Source: Chiloscyllium plagiosum (taxonomy: Eukaryota). Taken from it: a DNA stretch of 62,927 nt. Positions 39,410 through 52,683 of the stretch are shown one piece after another. How positions within the stretch are numbered: the stretch's first letter is position 1; the number at the start of each line of letters is the position of its first letter. Both the position numbers and the translations under genes were made by a program. The notes beneath the pieces are model-generated. The model saw only the letters and a program-made list of their open reading frames with translations. It did no database searches and had not been told where the DNA came from. The stretch covers positions 34,310,158-34,373,084 of the forward strand of contig NC_057719.1 of the NCBI RefSeq assembly GCF_004010195.1, given 5' to 3'.

Positions 39410-40130
39410 GTCAGGTCAGTATACCACCCCAATCATGTGTCCTTTAATTCTATATGCTAATCTCTTATGTGGGATGTTTTCAAAAGCCTTTTGACAGTCC
39501 ATATAAGTTATATCCACTGGCTCCCCCTTATCAATTCTACTAATTGTATCATCGAAAAATCCCAGTAGATTTGTCAAGTACAATTTCCCTTTTGTAAATC
39601 CATGCTGACTCTGTCTAGTCCTGCCACTGTTTTCCAAGTGCTCTGCTATTCAATCTTTAAAAGCAGACCCTAGCATTTCCCTACTACCGATGTCAGGGTA
39701 ACCAGTCTATAATTCCCTCATTTTTTAAATAGAGGGATTGCATTAGTCACCCTCCAATCTATAGGAATGTTCCTAAGTCTATAGAATCTTGAAATGATCA
39801 CTAATGCATCTACTAATTCTGGGAACACTTCCTTAAATATGCTGGGATGAAGATTATCAGACCCTGGGGATTTGTTTTCAATCCCATCAATTTCTCCAGC
39901 GCCATTTCTCAACTAATACAGATTTGCTTCAGTTCTTCCCTCTCACTCAGCCCTGTGTTCTCCAACATTTTTGGAATATTATTTCAGTTCTCCTTTGACA
40001 GAATGAAAGTATGGATTTAATTGGTTTGCCATCGCTTTGTTCTTATTATAACTCGCCCGATTTCTGACAATAAGGGACCTATATCTGTCTTCACTAACCT
40101 TTTTCTATTCACATAAGTTATGAACTGTTC
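39410..40130 (-). mobile_element. Decayed CR1 ORF2 fragment
   Basis: SQHGFTKGKLYLTNLLGFF...YMDCQKAF; KSPGSDNLHP...PIDWRVTNAIPLFKK. A similar relic lies at about 36860-37400. Confidence 0.85.
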
Positions 40131-41014
40131 TGACTCAGGTGTGTGAAGCTGAAAACAAATAACGAGAACATTCAAATCTTCTTTCAGCACCGAACATGAT
40201 TGTTCATAATGGTTGCAATACTCTTGTACTTTTGAAACACTCATCAAAATAGCCCTGTAATCTAGGTCACAAAAACTTATCTTTTGTTTATCTGAAATAA
40301 TGTTTGATTAAGCAGTTCATGTCTATTTAAAACTAAACATTTTTGCAGCATTCTAAAATCAAATAAGGTGAAACTCTTTTCCAGTTTCTTCATATTGTGA
40401 AATAAAGTCACACATGCACAGAAATTTGCCTTGCAGGGGAGACTCAAAGTAGACACTTTGGAATTGGATGTCCATTCTACACAGTGTCTGATTTTCAATT
40501 CCAATACAGTCATCTGAAGAGAATTTCAGAGGTTGTGATTTGCAGACAACCAATTGAAAATCTCTTGTTTTGCATCACCACCCTTACTGCATCTGGGAGT
40601 AAATTGTTTCCTTTTGCCAAAGTCATCATACACAATGGTTGGAATCTTCCCGGCCGCTGAATGACATGGATCATGGCTAGAAAGTTGGGAAAAATCAGGT
40701 GATATATCCAGTGAGGCCTTTCTTGCTTTTCCAACCAACTGTTGGACATCAATATGATATTCTCACTGGTCAGTAGTGAAGTATTTTAGCATAGATTATC
40801 ACTCATTGTTATTGAATCTCAACTCATTAGTATTCAGTCTCCCATTTTATACTGCTGGATAGAAACAGGATGGTGAGAATTCCCAATGTTTTGAGTTGTT
40901 GCCTCGTGCCCTTAGCTTTCTATTTGCTCCACCAGCTCTCATCTTGGATATCTGGTACCAACTTCTCAAGGCAGGCTTCATTGGCAACAATCACATGCAA
41001 CTCTCCTTTTTCTT

Positions 41015-41670
41015 ATATTTTTTTCATGGGATGTGGGCCTTGCTGACTAGGCCAGTTTTCATTGCCTGTCCCAATTTACCCTCTGGGGCAGTTAAGAGTC
41101 AACCACATTGCTGTGGGTCTGGAGTCACACGTAGGCCATACCAGGCAAAGATGGAAGATTTTCTTCCCTAAAGGATATTATGAACCAGATGGATTTTTTA
41201 AAACAACAATTGACAGTAGTTACTTGGTCATCATTATGGGCGGCACGGTGGCACAGCGGTTAGCACTGCTGCCTCACAGCGCCAGAGACCCAGGTTCAAT
41301 TCCTGCCTCAGACGACTGGCTGTGTGGAGTTTGCACATTCTCCCTGTGTCTGTGTGGGTTTCCTCCGGGTGCTCCGGTTTCCTCCCACAGTCCAGAAATG
41401 TGCAGGTTAGGTGAATTGGACATACTAAATTGCCCATAGTGTTAGGTGTAGGGGAATGGGTCTGGTTTGCACTTCGGCAGGTCAGTGTGGATTTGTTGGG
41501 CCGAAGGGCCTGTTTCCACACTGTAAATAATCTAAATCTAAAAATCATTAGGCTAGCTTTTTATTCCAGACTTTTATTATATTCAAATTTCATGACTTGA
41601 TTCACATGGGGCAGAACATTAACTTGGGGTTCCGGATTACCAGTTCAGTGATATTGCCACTACGCCAATG
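41015..41670 (-). mobile_element. tRNA-derived SINE (second family) interrupted by an HE1-like SINE
   Basis: aagagtcaaccacattgctgtgggtctggagtcac...ccctaaagga; tail shared with the LINE family at 10920-11980. Confidence 0.7.
41238..41543 (+). mobile_element. HE1-like V-SINE
   Basis: A box TGGCACAGCGG, B box GGTTCAATTCC; TSD atcatta (41230-41236 / 41544-41550). Confidence 0.92.
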
Positions 41671-42217
41671 GTTCCCCCCTATGCAGCCGACATTGGCATC
41701 CCATATGTGCCAGTCTCACCACACCATCATGGCACATAGCCAAGCCAGTTACAGTCCAGTTCTGGACTACCATGAGATCACGATTGGATTAGGCTGCATT
41801 GCATGACACTTGCTTGCACTCTTAGTGCTCACTTATTTTGGGCCCATTTTGATGCTCATACATCCTTGTCTTGCCTTTTGGCACTTCACCCTTGCCTTTA
41901 GGATTCACAGTATTTCTGTCTTGCCTTGCTGGAGAGTGCAAACATGAGCCAAGCAGCTTGCAATGCTTGTCCACAATGGTCAGCCATAGAGGTGAACAGT
42001 ACAGCACCATGCTACATTAATCTCGCACCAACAGCACATCCAAATAACACTGGATGTGCATCAACCAAAATGGCAACGTCTCAAAGAAGAGGAGTAGCCC
42101 TCAGTCAAGTTGAGAGTCTGTCCTCAGTTATGCTCCCAATACAGTTAATCAAAGCATTATCCATTTACTGTCCAGGGGATTGTACATGGTCAGTCCCTCA
42201 CTCACTGTCATGCACAC

Positions 42218-45200
42218 CGTACAAGAAGGACGGATTGCACCTAAATTGGAAGGGGGCTAATATACTGGCAGGGAAAACTGCTTGGGAGGATTTAAGTTAG
42301 TAAGGTGGCGGGGGGGTGGGACCCAGGGAGATAGTAAGGAAAGAGATTGATCTGAGATGGGTACAGCTGAGAACAGAAGTGAGTCAAACAGTCAGGGTTG
42401 GCAGGGACAAGGTAGGACTAATAAATTAAACTGCATTTATTTCAATACAAGGGGCCTGACAGGGAAGGCCGATGAACTCAGGGCATGGTTAAGAACATGG
42501 GACTGGGATATCATAGCAATTACAGAAACATGGCTCAGGGATGGGCAGGACTGGCAGCTTAATGTTCCAGGATACAAATGCTACAGGAAGGATAGAAAGG
42601 GAGGAAAGAGAGGAGGGGGAGTGGCATTTTTGCTAAGAGATAGCATTATAGCTGGGCTGAGGGAGGATATTCCCGGAAATACATCCAGGGAAGTTATTTG
42701 GGTGGAACTGAGAAATAAGAAAGGGATGATCACCTGATTGGGATTGTATTATAGATCTCCTAATAGTCAGAGGGAAATTGAGAAACAAACTTGTAAGGAG
42801 ATCTCAGCTATCTGTTAGAATAATAGGGTAGTTATGGTAGAGGATTTTAATTTTCCAAACATCGACTGGGACTGCCGTAGTGTTAAAGGTTTAGATGGAG
42901 AGGAATTTCTTAAGTGTGTACAAGACAATTTTCTGATTCAGTATGTGGATGTACCTACCCAGAGAAGGTGCAAAGCTTGAGATATAAGGTAGGGCAGATG
43001 ACTGAGCTGTCAGTAGGGGAGCACTTTGGGGCCAGTGACCATAATTCTATTCGTTTTAAAATAGTGATGGAAAAGGATAGAGCAGATCTAAAAGTTGAAT
43101 ATCTAAATTGGAGAAAGGACAATTTTGATGGTATTCGGCAAGAACTTTCAAAAGCTGATTGGAGGCAGATGTTCGCAGGTAAAGGGAGTATACTTAAGAG
43201 GGAATTCAGGAGGGCAAAACGGGGACATGAGATAGCTTTGGCAAATAGAATTAAGGAGAAATATATTAAGGAGAAAAATATATTAAGGACAAAAGGGTAA
43301 CGAGGGAGAGAATAGGGCCCCTCAAAAATCAACAAGGCAGCCTTTGTGTGGAGCCGCAGAAAATGGGGGAGATACTAAACGAGTATTTTGCATCAGTATT
43401 TACTATGAAAAGGATATGGAAGATATAGACTGTAGGGAAATAGATGGTGACATCTTGCAAAATGTTCAGAACGGTTAAAAGTGGATAAATCCCCAGGACC
43501 TGATCAGGTGTACCCGAGAACTCTGTGGGAAGCTGAAGAAGTTATTGCTGGGCCTCTTGCTGAAATATTTGTATCATCAATAGTCACAGATGAGGTGCCG
43601 GAAGACTGAAGGTTGGCAAACGTGGTGCCACTGTTTAAGAAGGGTGGTAAGGACAAGCCAGGGAACTAAAGACCGGTGATCCTGACATCGGTGGTGGGCA
43701 AGTTGTTGGAGGGAATCCTGAGGGACAGGATGTACATGTATTTGGAAAGGCAAAGACTGATTCAGGATAGGAGAAAGTGAGGACTGCAGATGCTGGAGAT
43801 CAGAGCTGAAAAATGTGTTGCTGGAAAAGCGCAGCAGGTCAGGCATCAACCAAGGAGCAGGAGAATCGACGTTTCGGGCATAAACCCTTCTTCAGGAATG
43901 AGGAGGGGGTGCCAAGCAGGCTAAGATACCTGGGGGGTGCAGTGAGAGAGGGACTCACGCCTGACCTGCTGAGCTTGGATGCTGCCTGACCTGCTGCGCT
44001 TTTCCAGCAACATACTTTTCAGCTCTGATCTCCAGCATCTGCAGTCCTCACTTCCTCCTAGTTGATTTTAACCTACTGCGAATTCTCTTACAAGGATGCT
44101 TTTCTTGAAGAAGCTCTCTTCCTCCCTCTACACTGATTCGGGATAGTCAACATGGCTTTGTGCATGGGAAATCATGTCTCACAAACTTGATTGAGTTTTC
44201 TGAAGAAGTAACAAAGAAGATTGATGAGGGCAGAGCAGTAGATGTGATCTATATGGACTTCAGTAAGGCGTTCGACAAGGTACCCCATGGGAGACTGATT
44301 AGCAAGGTTAGATATCATGGAATACAGGGAGAACTACACATTTGGTTACAGAACTGACCCAAAGGTAGAAGACAGAGGGTGGTGGTGGAGGTTAGTTTTT
44401 CAGCCTGGAGGCCTGTGACCAGTGGAGTGCCACAAGGATCGGTGCTGGGTCCTCTACTTTTTGTCATTTACGTAAATGATTTGGATGTGAGCATAAGAGG
44501 TGCAGTTAGTAAGTTTGCAGATGACACCAAAATTTAAGGTGCAGTGGAAAGCGAAGAGGATTACCTCAGATTAGAACAGGATCTGAACCAGATGGGCCAA
44601 TGGGCAGAGAAGTGGCAGATGGAGTTTAATTCAGATAAATGCGAGGTGCTGCATTTTGGGAAAGCAAATCTTAGCAGGACTAATACACTTAATGGTAAGG
44701 TCCTTGGGAGTGTTGCTGAACAAAGAGACCTTGGAGTGCAGGTTCATAGATCCTAGAAAGTGGAGTCGCAGGTAGATAGGATAGTGAAGAAGGCGTTTGG
44801 TATGCTTTCCTTTATTGGTCAGAGTATTGAGTACAGGAATTGGGAGGTCATGTTGCGGCTGTACAGGACATTGGTTAGGCCACTGTTGGAATATTGCGTG
44901 CAATTCTGGTCTCCTTCCTATTGGAAAGATGTTGTGAAACTTGAAAGGGTTCAGAAAAGATTTACAAGGATTTGCCAGGGTTGGAGGATCTGAGCTACAG
45001 GGAGAGGCTGAACAGGCTGGGGCTGTTTTCCCTGGAGCGTTGGAGGCTGAGGGGTGACCTTATAGAGATTTACAAAATTATGTGGGGCATGGATAGGATA
45101 AATAGGCAAAGTCTTTTCCCTGGGGTTGGGGAGTCCAGAACTAGAGGCATAGGTTTGGGGTGAGAGGGGAAAGATATAAAAGAGACGTAAGGGGCAACTT

Positions 45201-45429
45201 TTTCACACAGAGGGTGGTATTTGTATGGAATGAGCTGCCAGAGAATGTGGTGGAGGCTGGTACAATTGCAACATTTAAGAGGCATTTAGATGGGTATATG
45301 AATAGGAAGGGTTTGGAGGGATATTGGCCGGGTGCTAGCAGGTGGGACTAGATTGGATTGGGATATTTGGTCGGCATGGATGTGTTGGACCGAAGGTCTA
45401 TTTCCATGCCGTACATCTCCATGACTCTG
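42218..45429 (+). mobile_element. Long CR1 LINE: ORF1 C-terminus plus disrupted ORF2 (APE endonuclease and RT) and 3' UTR
   Basis: YKKDGLHLNWKG (SGNH DxxH); DIIAITETW, GGGVA and SDHN (APE); [23 protein letters not shown] and FADDTK (RT). Internal deletions and stops. Confidence 0.95.
43771..44131. mobile_element. Inverted Penelope-like insertion in CR1 with intact hammerhead core
   Basis: 15-bp TSD actgattc(a/g)ggatag (43756-43770 / 44132-44146); inverted arms; minus strand attcCTGAAGAagggtttatgcccGAAAcgtcgatt within 43861-43900. Confidence 0.88.
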
Positions 45430-46251
45430 TTGGTCTCTGCTCTGCCTAGTCACTTGCTCTGCACCTACGCCAAAAGTAATAGCTGTGTTGGACACTTTCA
45501 TCTCCTTTAATAGCAGCCTGTCTCATTCTAGAAGGATAACAGCTCACGGCAAGGCAGAAAATGTTAAAATGGGTGATGGGTAACCCAACATTCAGCTCCT
45601 CACCTCTTTTGTGAAGAGAAATTTTGTTCTGACCACCCCAAATGCCTCACGGCATCCAAGCCTGTGGACAGTATCAGAGGATGCCCATGATATACTGTGT
45701 CAGAACCTATCTCCTTTGACTTACTTATGGCTGTGCTAAACACCAAGACAACAGTGATATGAACTTTGTATCTCTGACTGTGGAGGCAAAGCACTAAAAT
45801 GCAACTCGAGGCAATGCAACGCAGGGATGTTGTGAACATCCGGTTAGAGTCAAAATGGGTGAGCGCTGTAACAGTGAGATAAGCCAAGGGATGCAGCCTG
45901 GTCCAGTCCATGAGCTAAGTGTGTCTTCTGAGAGTACAGCATCCTTTCTGCAGCATTGCAATGAAAGCTGCCAGGTGCAGCATTCAAATGCGATTTGGAG
46001 ATGTACATATGGGTTCTGAGAGGCTGGCACATGCCAGATGTCAATGTGGTAGTGGGGTGAGTGTGACCAGTGCCTAAGGAGAATGCCCTGTGCTCAACAT
46101 GGATGTTGTTCCAAGCAAGTGGTAATCTGAATTTGCTCTGATTTCTATGTTGAAATTTCTCAACATCTACTTCTTTGGTGTTTTGACAAGATAGAAAGCT
46201 GAATCTTAATGAGCTGAGTAGGAAAGAACACAAGGAGTTTAATAGGCAGTT

Positions 46252-46937
46252 AGGCAAAAGTGAGGACTGCAGATGCTAGAAACGAGAGTTTAAATCAAAG
46301 TGGTGCTGGAAAAGCACAGCAGGTCTGGCAGCATCCGAGGAGCAGGAAAATCAACGTTTTGGGCAAAAATCCTTCATCAGGAATAGAGGCAGCAAGCCTC
46401 CAGGGAGGAGAGATAAATGGGCAGGTCATGAGGATGATGCTGAGCTGGAAGGTTGGAACTAGGGTAAGGTGGGGGGGGAGGGGAAATGAGGAAACTGGTG
46501 AAGTCCACATTGATGCCCTGGGGGTTGAAGTGTTCCGAGGCAGAAGATGAGGCATTCTTCCTCCAGGTGTCGGGTGGTGAGGGAGCGGCAGTGGAGGAGG
46601 CCCGGACAGAGTGGGAGAGGGAGTTGAAATGTTGGGCCACGGGCGGTGGGGTTGATTGGTACGGGTGTCCTGGAGATGTTCGCTGAAGCCCTCTGCGAGG
46701 AGGTGTCCAGTCTCCCTAATGTAGAGGATACCGCATCGGGAGCAACGGATACAATAAATGACATTGGTGGATGTGCAGGTGAAACTTTGATGGATGTGGA
46801 AGGCTCCTTTGGGGCCTTGGATGGTGGTGAGGGTGGAGGTGTGGGCGCAGGTTTCACAATTCCTGCGGTGGCAGGGAAGGGTGCCAGGACGGGAGGGTGG
46901 TTTGTTGGGGGGCGTGGACCTGACCAGGTAGTCACGG
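46252..46937 (-). mobile_element. Penelope-like element 3' part: GIY-YIG endonuclease plus pseudo-LTR
   Basis: Minus frame CETCAHT...FTCTSTNVIYCIRCSRCGILYIRETGHLLAEGFSEH, then (frameshifted) HFNS...LEEE...GINVDF; TSD aataggca(g/a)tt (46241-46251 / 46938-46948). Confidence 0.92.
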
Positions 46938-47094
46938 AATAGGCAATTGTCAACTTACCACTGGCTCATGATAAACTTGTCGCACCGCTCATAAAAATGA
47001 GAAAATTTGGAGGACAATGTTCCTGTCATCAAGGTAGGCTTCACTGCATTTTTTATCTAATTCTGCCACAAATCTTGCCATAGACTTTGTGACT

Positions 47095-47605
47095 CAGTTA
47101 TTGTGATGTTCGAAAACTGAATGGCTTGCAAAGATTCTATATTGACTATTACAAAGACAAGGCAGTCACAAAATCAGATTCATGTCCTATTCCACACTTG
47201 GAGGACTACATTGAAAGAATTGGACACAAATGATTTGTCACCAGAATTGACTTGCTAAAAGAACATTGACAAGTTCCAGACCCAAAGAACTATCAGTCTT
47301 TATAAAGCAGATAAACTTTACCAATGCAAAGTCATGCAGTTGAAATGAAAATTGTACACGCAAAGTTCCAACAATTGACTAGTTCATTGAAAGTCTATGT
47401 AACTGCATGATTTACATTGATGACTTAGTTGTTTGCAGCTAATACTGGGAAGGTCATTTACGTCACTTCACTGAACCATTTAATGGCTACAAGGTGCCAA
47501 ATTAGTTGTAAATTTGGTTAAGAGTGAATTTGCTGAAGTAAAATTGATTTACTTGGGCCACACTGTGGAACAAGGCTAAGCAGTTCCGAGAGAAGTGAAA
47601 CAATG
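47095..47605 (+). mobile_element. Decayed Gypsy reverse transcriptase
   Basis: RFYIDYYKDKAVTKSDSCPIPHLEDYIERIG...IDLLKE...MIYIDDLVV...LVVNLVKSEFAEVKLIYLGH with stops and frameshifts. Confidence 0.88.
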
Positions 47606-47781
47606 GACCAGTTTGGCTTTTGCTGTTTGGGTAATACACTTCTGTTTTATTGTCAAAAGCAAATCAGCCTTGTGTGTTTAGGTTTCAATGAAAGACAGCC
47701 ATGTTAAATTGAAAGGAACAAAATATGATCTGTCATGCCAAATTTCAATCTGGCATCTGACTTGTCCAGTCACAATATCAG

Positions 47782-48651
47782 AGTCAAGATTAGAATGGCG
47801 CTGGAATAACACAGCAGGTCAGGCATCCGAGGAGCAGGAAAATCGACATTTCGGGCAAAAGCCCTTCATCGGAATGAGGCTGGGAGCCTTGGGGGTGGAG
47901 AGATAAANNNNNNNNNNNNNNNNNNNNNNNNNNNNNNNNNNNNNNNNNNNNNNNNNNNNNNNNNNNNNNNNNNNNNNNNNNNNNNNNNNNNNNNNNNNNN
48001 NNNNNNNNNNNNNNNNNNNNNNNNNNNNNNNNNNNNNNNNNNNNNNNNNNNNNNNNNNNNNNNNNNNNNNNNNNNNNNNNNNNNNNNNNNNNNNNNNNNN
48101 NNNNNNNNNNNNNNNNNNNNNNNNNNNNNNNNNNNNNNNNNNNNNNNNNNNNNNNNNNNNNNNNNNNNNNNNNNNNNNNNNNNNNNNNNNNNNNNNNNNN
48201 NNNNNNNNNNNNNNNNNNNNNNNNNNNNNNNNNNNNNNNNNNNNNNNNNNNNNNNNNNNNNNNNNNNNNNNNNNNNNNNNNNNNNNNNNNNNNNNNNNNN
48301 NNNNNNNNNNNNNNNNNNNNNNNNNNNNNNNNNNNNNNNNNNNNNNNNNNNNNNNNNNNNNNNNNNNNNNNNNNNNNNNNNNNNNNNNNNNNNNNNNNNN
48401 NNNNNNNNNNNNNNNNNNNNNNNNNNNNNNNNNNNNNNNNNNNNNNNNNNNNNNNNNNNNNNNNNNNNNNNNNCAGCCCCATCCCCCTCCCATTTATCTC
48501 TCCACTCCCGAGGCTTCCAGCCTCATTCCTGATGAAGGGCTTTTGCCTGAAACATCGATTTTCCTGCTCCTCGGATGCTGCCTGACCTGCTGTGTTTTTC
48601 CAGCAAACATTAATCTTGACTCTAATCTCCACCATCTGCAGTACCCACTTC
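47782..48651. mobile_element. Inverted Penelope-like insertion spanning gap 47908-48473
   Basis: 19-bp TSD tgtccagtc(a/g)caatatcag (47763-47781 / 48652-48670); inverted pLTR arms; CTGATGA...GAAA motif at 48529-48552. Confidence 0.85.
47908..48473. other. Assembly gap (N)
   Basis: Run of N. Confidence 1.
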
Positions 48652-51069
48652 TGTCCAGTCGCAATATCAGCTCAGATCATATCAGTTTATATACTTGTTT
48701 TCACAGTCAGCCAATTGCTACAATAATTTTTTTTTTAAAACTGCAAATGCTGAAAATATGAAATAAAAACATAGTGCTGGATAAACTCAACCATTCAGGC
48801 TGCATCTCTGGAAAAACAGATTTAATATTTCAGCCAGTTGCCGTTTGTTGAGAGCAGGCTCCCAAGGAACAGAAAGTAATGTTTTCCAAGATTTCTTTGA
48901 GGACCAGGTCCTCAGACATGACATTACCATAGTTAATTGGTAGCATTGATCCCCATGGTTCCATATGCTTCAAGGATCCAGACAACTTATATACACTCAA
49001 AGTGCTATTTGTGCGATTTGTACCTTTGCGAGCATCGCCAAATGCAGTGATAATTAATGGTCAGACAGCAACATCCTCTCACATGCCAACCTTTTCATCA
49101 TCAAGGCTTAGTGAAGAGTTCAGGTGGACATGCCAGAGGCAGCACCTAGCAAACCTAAACACGAGGTGTGAACTTGGAGAAACTACAACACTTGCATGTT
49201 AAATACTGAAGTAACGTGCAATAGACAGGGTGAAGTGATCTCATAACCAATGGACCAGGTCTGAGCAATGTAGTCCTGGTGAACAACTAAACAATTAATA
49301 TGTGGATGAAACTCCACAAATGTTCACATCCTCAATTATGGAGGAGATCAATATATCTGTGCAAAAGACAAGGTTGAAGCATTTTTATTCATCTTCAGAA
49401 GTAACAAGCAGATGTTCCACTTGACCTCTTCCCTAGGTTGCCAGCATCACTGATACTGGCCTTGAACCGATTCCATTTGCTCCCCCATCATGAGATCAGA
49501 AGTGATCTAATGATAGAGCAATGTTCAGCAATATTCACAACTTATCAGATACTTTAGCTGTAAGTGTTCATTTACAGCAAGATCTGGCTATGCAGATTTT
49601 GGGTCTAGAGTAAATGGCAAGTAAAATTCATGCTGCACAAGTGCCAGACAATGACCAGCTCCAACAAGAGAGAATCTGACCCTCCTTGATGTTTAATAAC
49701 ATAATCATCACTGAATCACTAACTATCATCATCTTCGAGGTTACCATTGACCAGAAACTGAGCAGGATCACCCGTAAAAATTCGATAGTAACAAGAGAAG
49801 AACAGAAGCTAGGAATTCTCATAAACTCATAAACATTGACAGCACAGAAAGAGCCAATGTGTCCATCCAAACAGACCCTTCGGCCGATTAATCCATGCCA
49901 AATATAATCCCAGATTAAACTAGCCCCACCCACCTGCTCCTGGCCCACAGCCCTCCAAATCTTTCCTACTCATGCACTTCTCCAAATGTTTTTTAAATAT
50001 TGTAATTGTGCCCACATCCACCATTTCCTCAGGAAGTTCATTCCACATGTGAACAACCCTCTGTGTAAAACATTTGCCATTTAAGCCCTAACCATTAATG
50101 TATACTACAGACAGCAACGACCCTAGCATCAGGATCGGTGGCAACCCATCAGAAGCAAACATCCAGTCACAAGAATATCCCTCTGCTTCCTGTCCGTCAG
50201 CCAGCGTTGGATCCAATGTGTCACTTTTCCTTGGATCCCATGTGGTCTTACTGTATTTACCAGGCTGCTATAAGGGACCTAATCAAAAGCCGTGCTAAAG
50301 TCCATGTCCCCTCATCAATCCTCAATATCCTCAACACTCCTCTTTAAAATCTCAAAACATTGATCAATCTTCTCAAATATGGCCATCCCTTAACAAATCC
50401 ATACTGATTCTCCCTGAGTAATTTTTGTCTCTCCAAGTACAAATGCACTCTGTCCCTCAGAATTCTTTCCAATAACCTCCCCACCACTGAAGAAATTCTG
50501 CAGTGAGAAAATCACCTCTTGTCTTCCCAATGTCTGTACTCAAGTCAGGAGTCTGATGGAATACTCCACATTTGCTTGGACAGGTGCTGCTTCCACAATA
50601 GTCAAGAAGTTCAACTTCATCCAGGACAAAGCATCCCAATTCACTGGCACGCCATCATCTGCAACACTCAATCCCTTCAGCATTAATACATATGCAATTA
50701 TGTGTTCCATCTACAAGCTGCACTACAATAACTTAACCAAATTCTTTAGACGCTACCTTCTAAATCCATGACCTCTACCATCTAGAAGGACAAGACAATC
50801 TTGCATGAGAACACCATCTCTAGCAAGATGCCTGCCAAGTCATACACCATCCTGACTATAAAATACATCACCATTCCTTGCACTGTTGCTGGGTAAAAAT
50901 GCTGTAACTCCCTTCCGAACAGCTCTCAAAGACTGCAGTGGTTCAAGAAGGCCACTCACCACTGCCTTCACCAGAACATTAGGGACAGACAATAAATACT
51001 GGCTGAACACCATTTTCCCATTAACAAGTTGAAAAGGATCACTAAAAGCAAGCTCTAGTGGGTAGGATA

Positions 51070-51472
51070 GATCATTCTTATGCTAACACCAATCTTATGA
51101 AGCAACTGTTCAGAAGTTTGCAGCAAAAGACTCTCATGAAGACCATGAAGACAGTAGGAATAACCTCAAAGCATCTCAGGAGATCTCTAACATATTGCTA
51201 ACTCATGACAGCCCTAATTCATGATGCACCGAAATAGAGTTTGTTCATATGGGAAAGCATCAGAAAACCATGCCATAAACATGCAGGGGTGAAGTCAAGG
51301 AGTAAAAAGAAGTGCACAAAAACTCTCCAGCAACCACCTTTATGCACCACAAACACTACAACAACCATTATGTGTGTGGTAGAGTCTGCAGATCACGCAT
51401 TGGACTGATCAGTTATCTCAACTAAAGTAAAAACAACTCATCTTCACTCCTGTGGGACAGTGTGAAAAGAAG
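51070..51472 (+). mobile_element. Decayed RTE-clade LINE 3' end
   Basis: VCGRVCRSRIGLISYL C-terminal zinc-finger-like motif followed by a short 3' UTR. Confidence 0.65.
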
Positions 51473-51508
51473 CTAGAACTATGTTGTAGGTTTCTGTTCA
51501 AAGCTAGA

Positions 51509-51818
51509 GAATCAAAAAATCCCCACAGTGTGAAAAGAGACCATTCAGTCCCTTTGACTCATCGCTGGACCTCCAAAGAACGTCCCATACAGAACCAATC
51601 CCTCCGCCCCCGTAACCCCACATTTAACATGGCTAATTTACCTAAATTCCTCATTATGGGGCAATTTAGTCTGGCAAACCCATCTAACCTACACATCTTT
51701 GGACTGTGGAAGGAAACCAGAGCACCCAGCAGAAACCCACACTGACAGAAGAAGAATGTGCAAACTCCATACAGCCCAAGGCTGGAATCAAACCCAGCTT
51801 TCTGGCTCCATGTCACCC
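51509..51818 (-). mobile_element. HE1-like V-SINE (diverged)
   Basis: acatctttggactgtggaaggaaaccagagcacc...gtgcaaactcca is the reverse complement of the SINE core. Confidence 0.8.
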
Positions 51819-52067
51819 TATGGTGAGTAATCTGTGTTACTGAGTACTGAAAAACTCAGTTAAATTGGTTAGCTTCACCTCTCTCGTGGGGAAAATGCTT
51901 GAGTCTATTATCAAGGAAGTAATAGCAAGGCATCTTGATAGAAATTGCCCCGTTGGGCAGGTGCAGCATGGGTTCATGAAGGACAGATTATGCTTAACAA
52001 ATCTTTTGGAATTCTATGAAGACATAATGAGCAAGGTGGACAACGGAGTCCCAGTTGATGTGGAACA

Positions 52068-52239
52068 TAGAGGATCTTCGATTATTCGAACAACACGGGC
52101 GGGGAGTATTTTGTCAGATTATCACATGTTCGGACAATCAAATGCCCGAATAACAGTTTAGCCAAGCATCGGGACCTTGCAACCTTGCCAGATAATCCAA
52201 AATTCAGATAATTGAATGCGGATAATTGAGGTTCCTCTG
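52068..52239. mobile_element. Tc1/mariner (Tigger-like) MITE
   Basis: Imperfect TIRs tagaggatcttcgattattcg / cggataattgaggttcctctg followed by TA; interrupts CR1 VDV|YLDFQK. Confidence 0.75.
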
Positions 52240-52593
52240 TACTTAGATTTCCAAAAGGTCTTCAACAAGCTACCGCACAAGAGGCTGCTGCATAAGATAA
52301 AGATGCATGGCGTCACGGGTAAAGTATTAGCATGGATAGAGGATTGATTGACTAACAGGAAGCAAAGAGTGGGGAATAAATGAGTGCTGTTCTGGTTGGC
52401 AATCAGTAACTAGTGGTGTGCCTCAGGGTTCAGTATTGGGACCACATTTATTTACAATTTATATAGATGATTTGGAGTTGGGAACCACATATAGTGTGTC
52501 AAAGTTTGCAGATGACACTAAGATGAGTGGCAGAGTAAAGTATGAAGAGGATTGTGAAACTTTGCAGAGGATCGTAGATACTTTAAGTGAGTG

Positions 52594-52683
52594 CTGAAAA
52601 TGTGTTGCTGGAAAAGCGCAGCAGGTCAGGCTGCATCCAAGGAACAGGAGAATCGACGTTTCGGGCATAAGCCCTTCTTCAGG
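52594..52683 (-). mobile_element. 90-bp Penelope-like insertion with intact hammerhead core
   Basis: Perfect 14-bp TSD actttaagtgagtg (52580-52593 / 52684-52697); minus strand tcCTGAAGAagggcttatgcccGAAAcgtcgatt. Confidence 0.88.
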
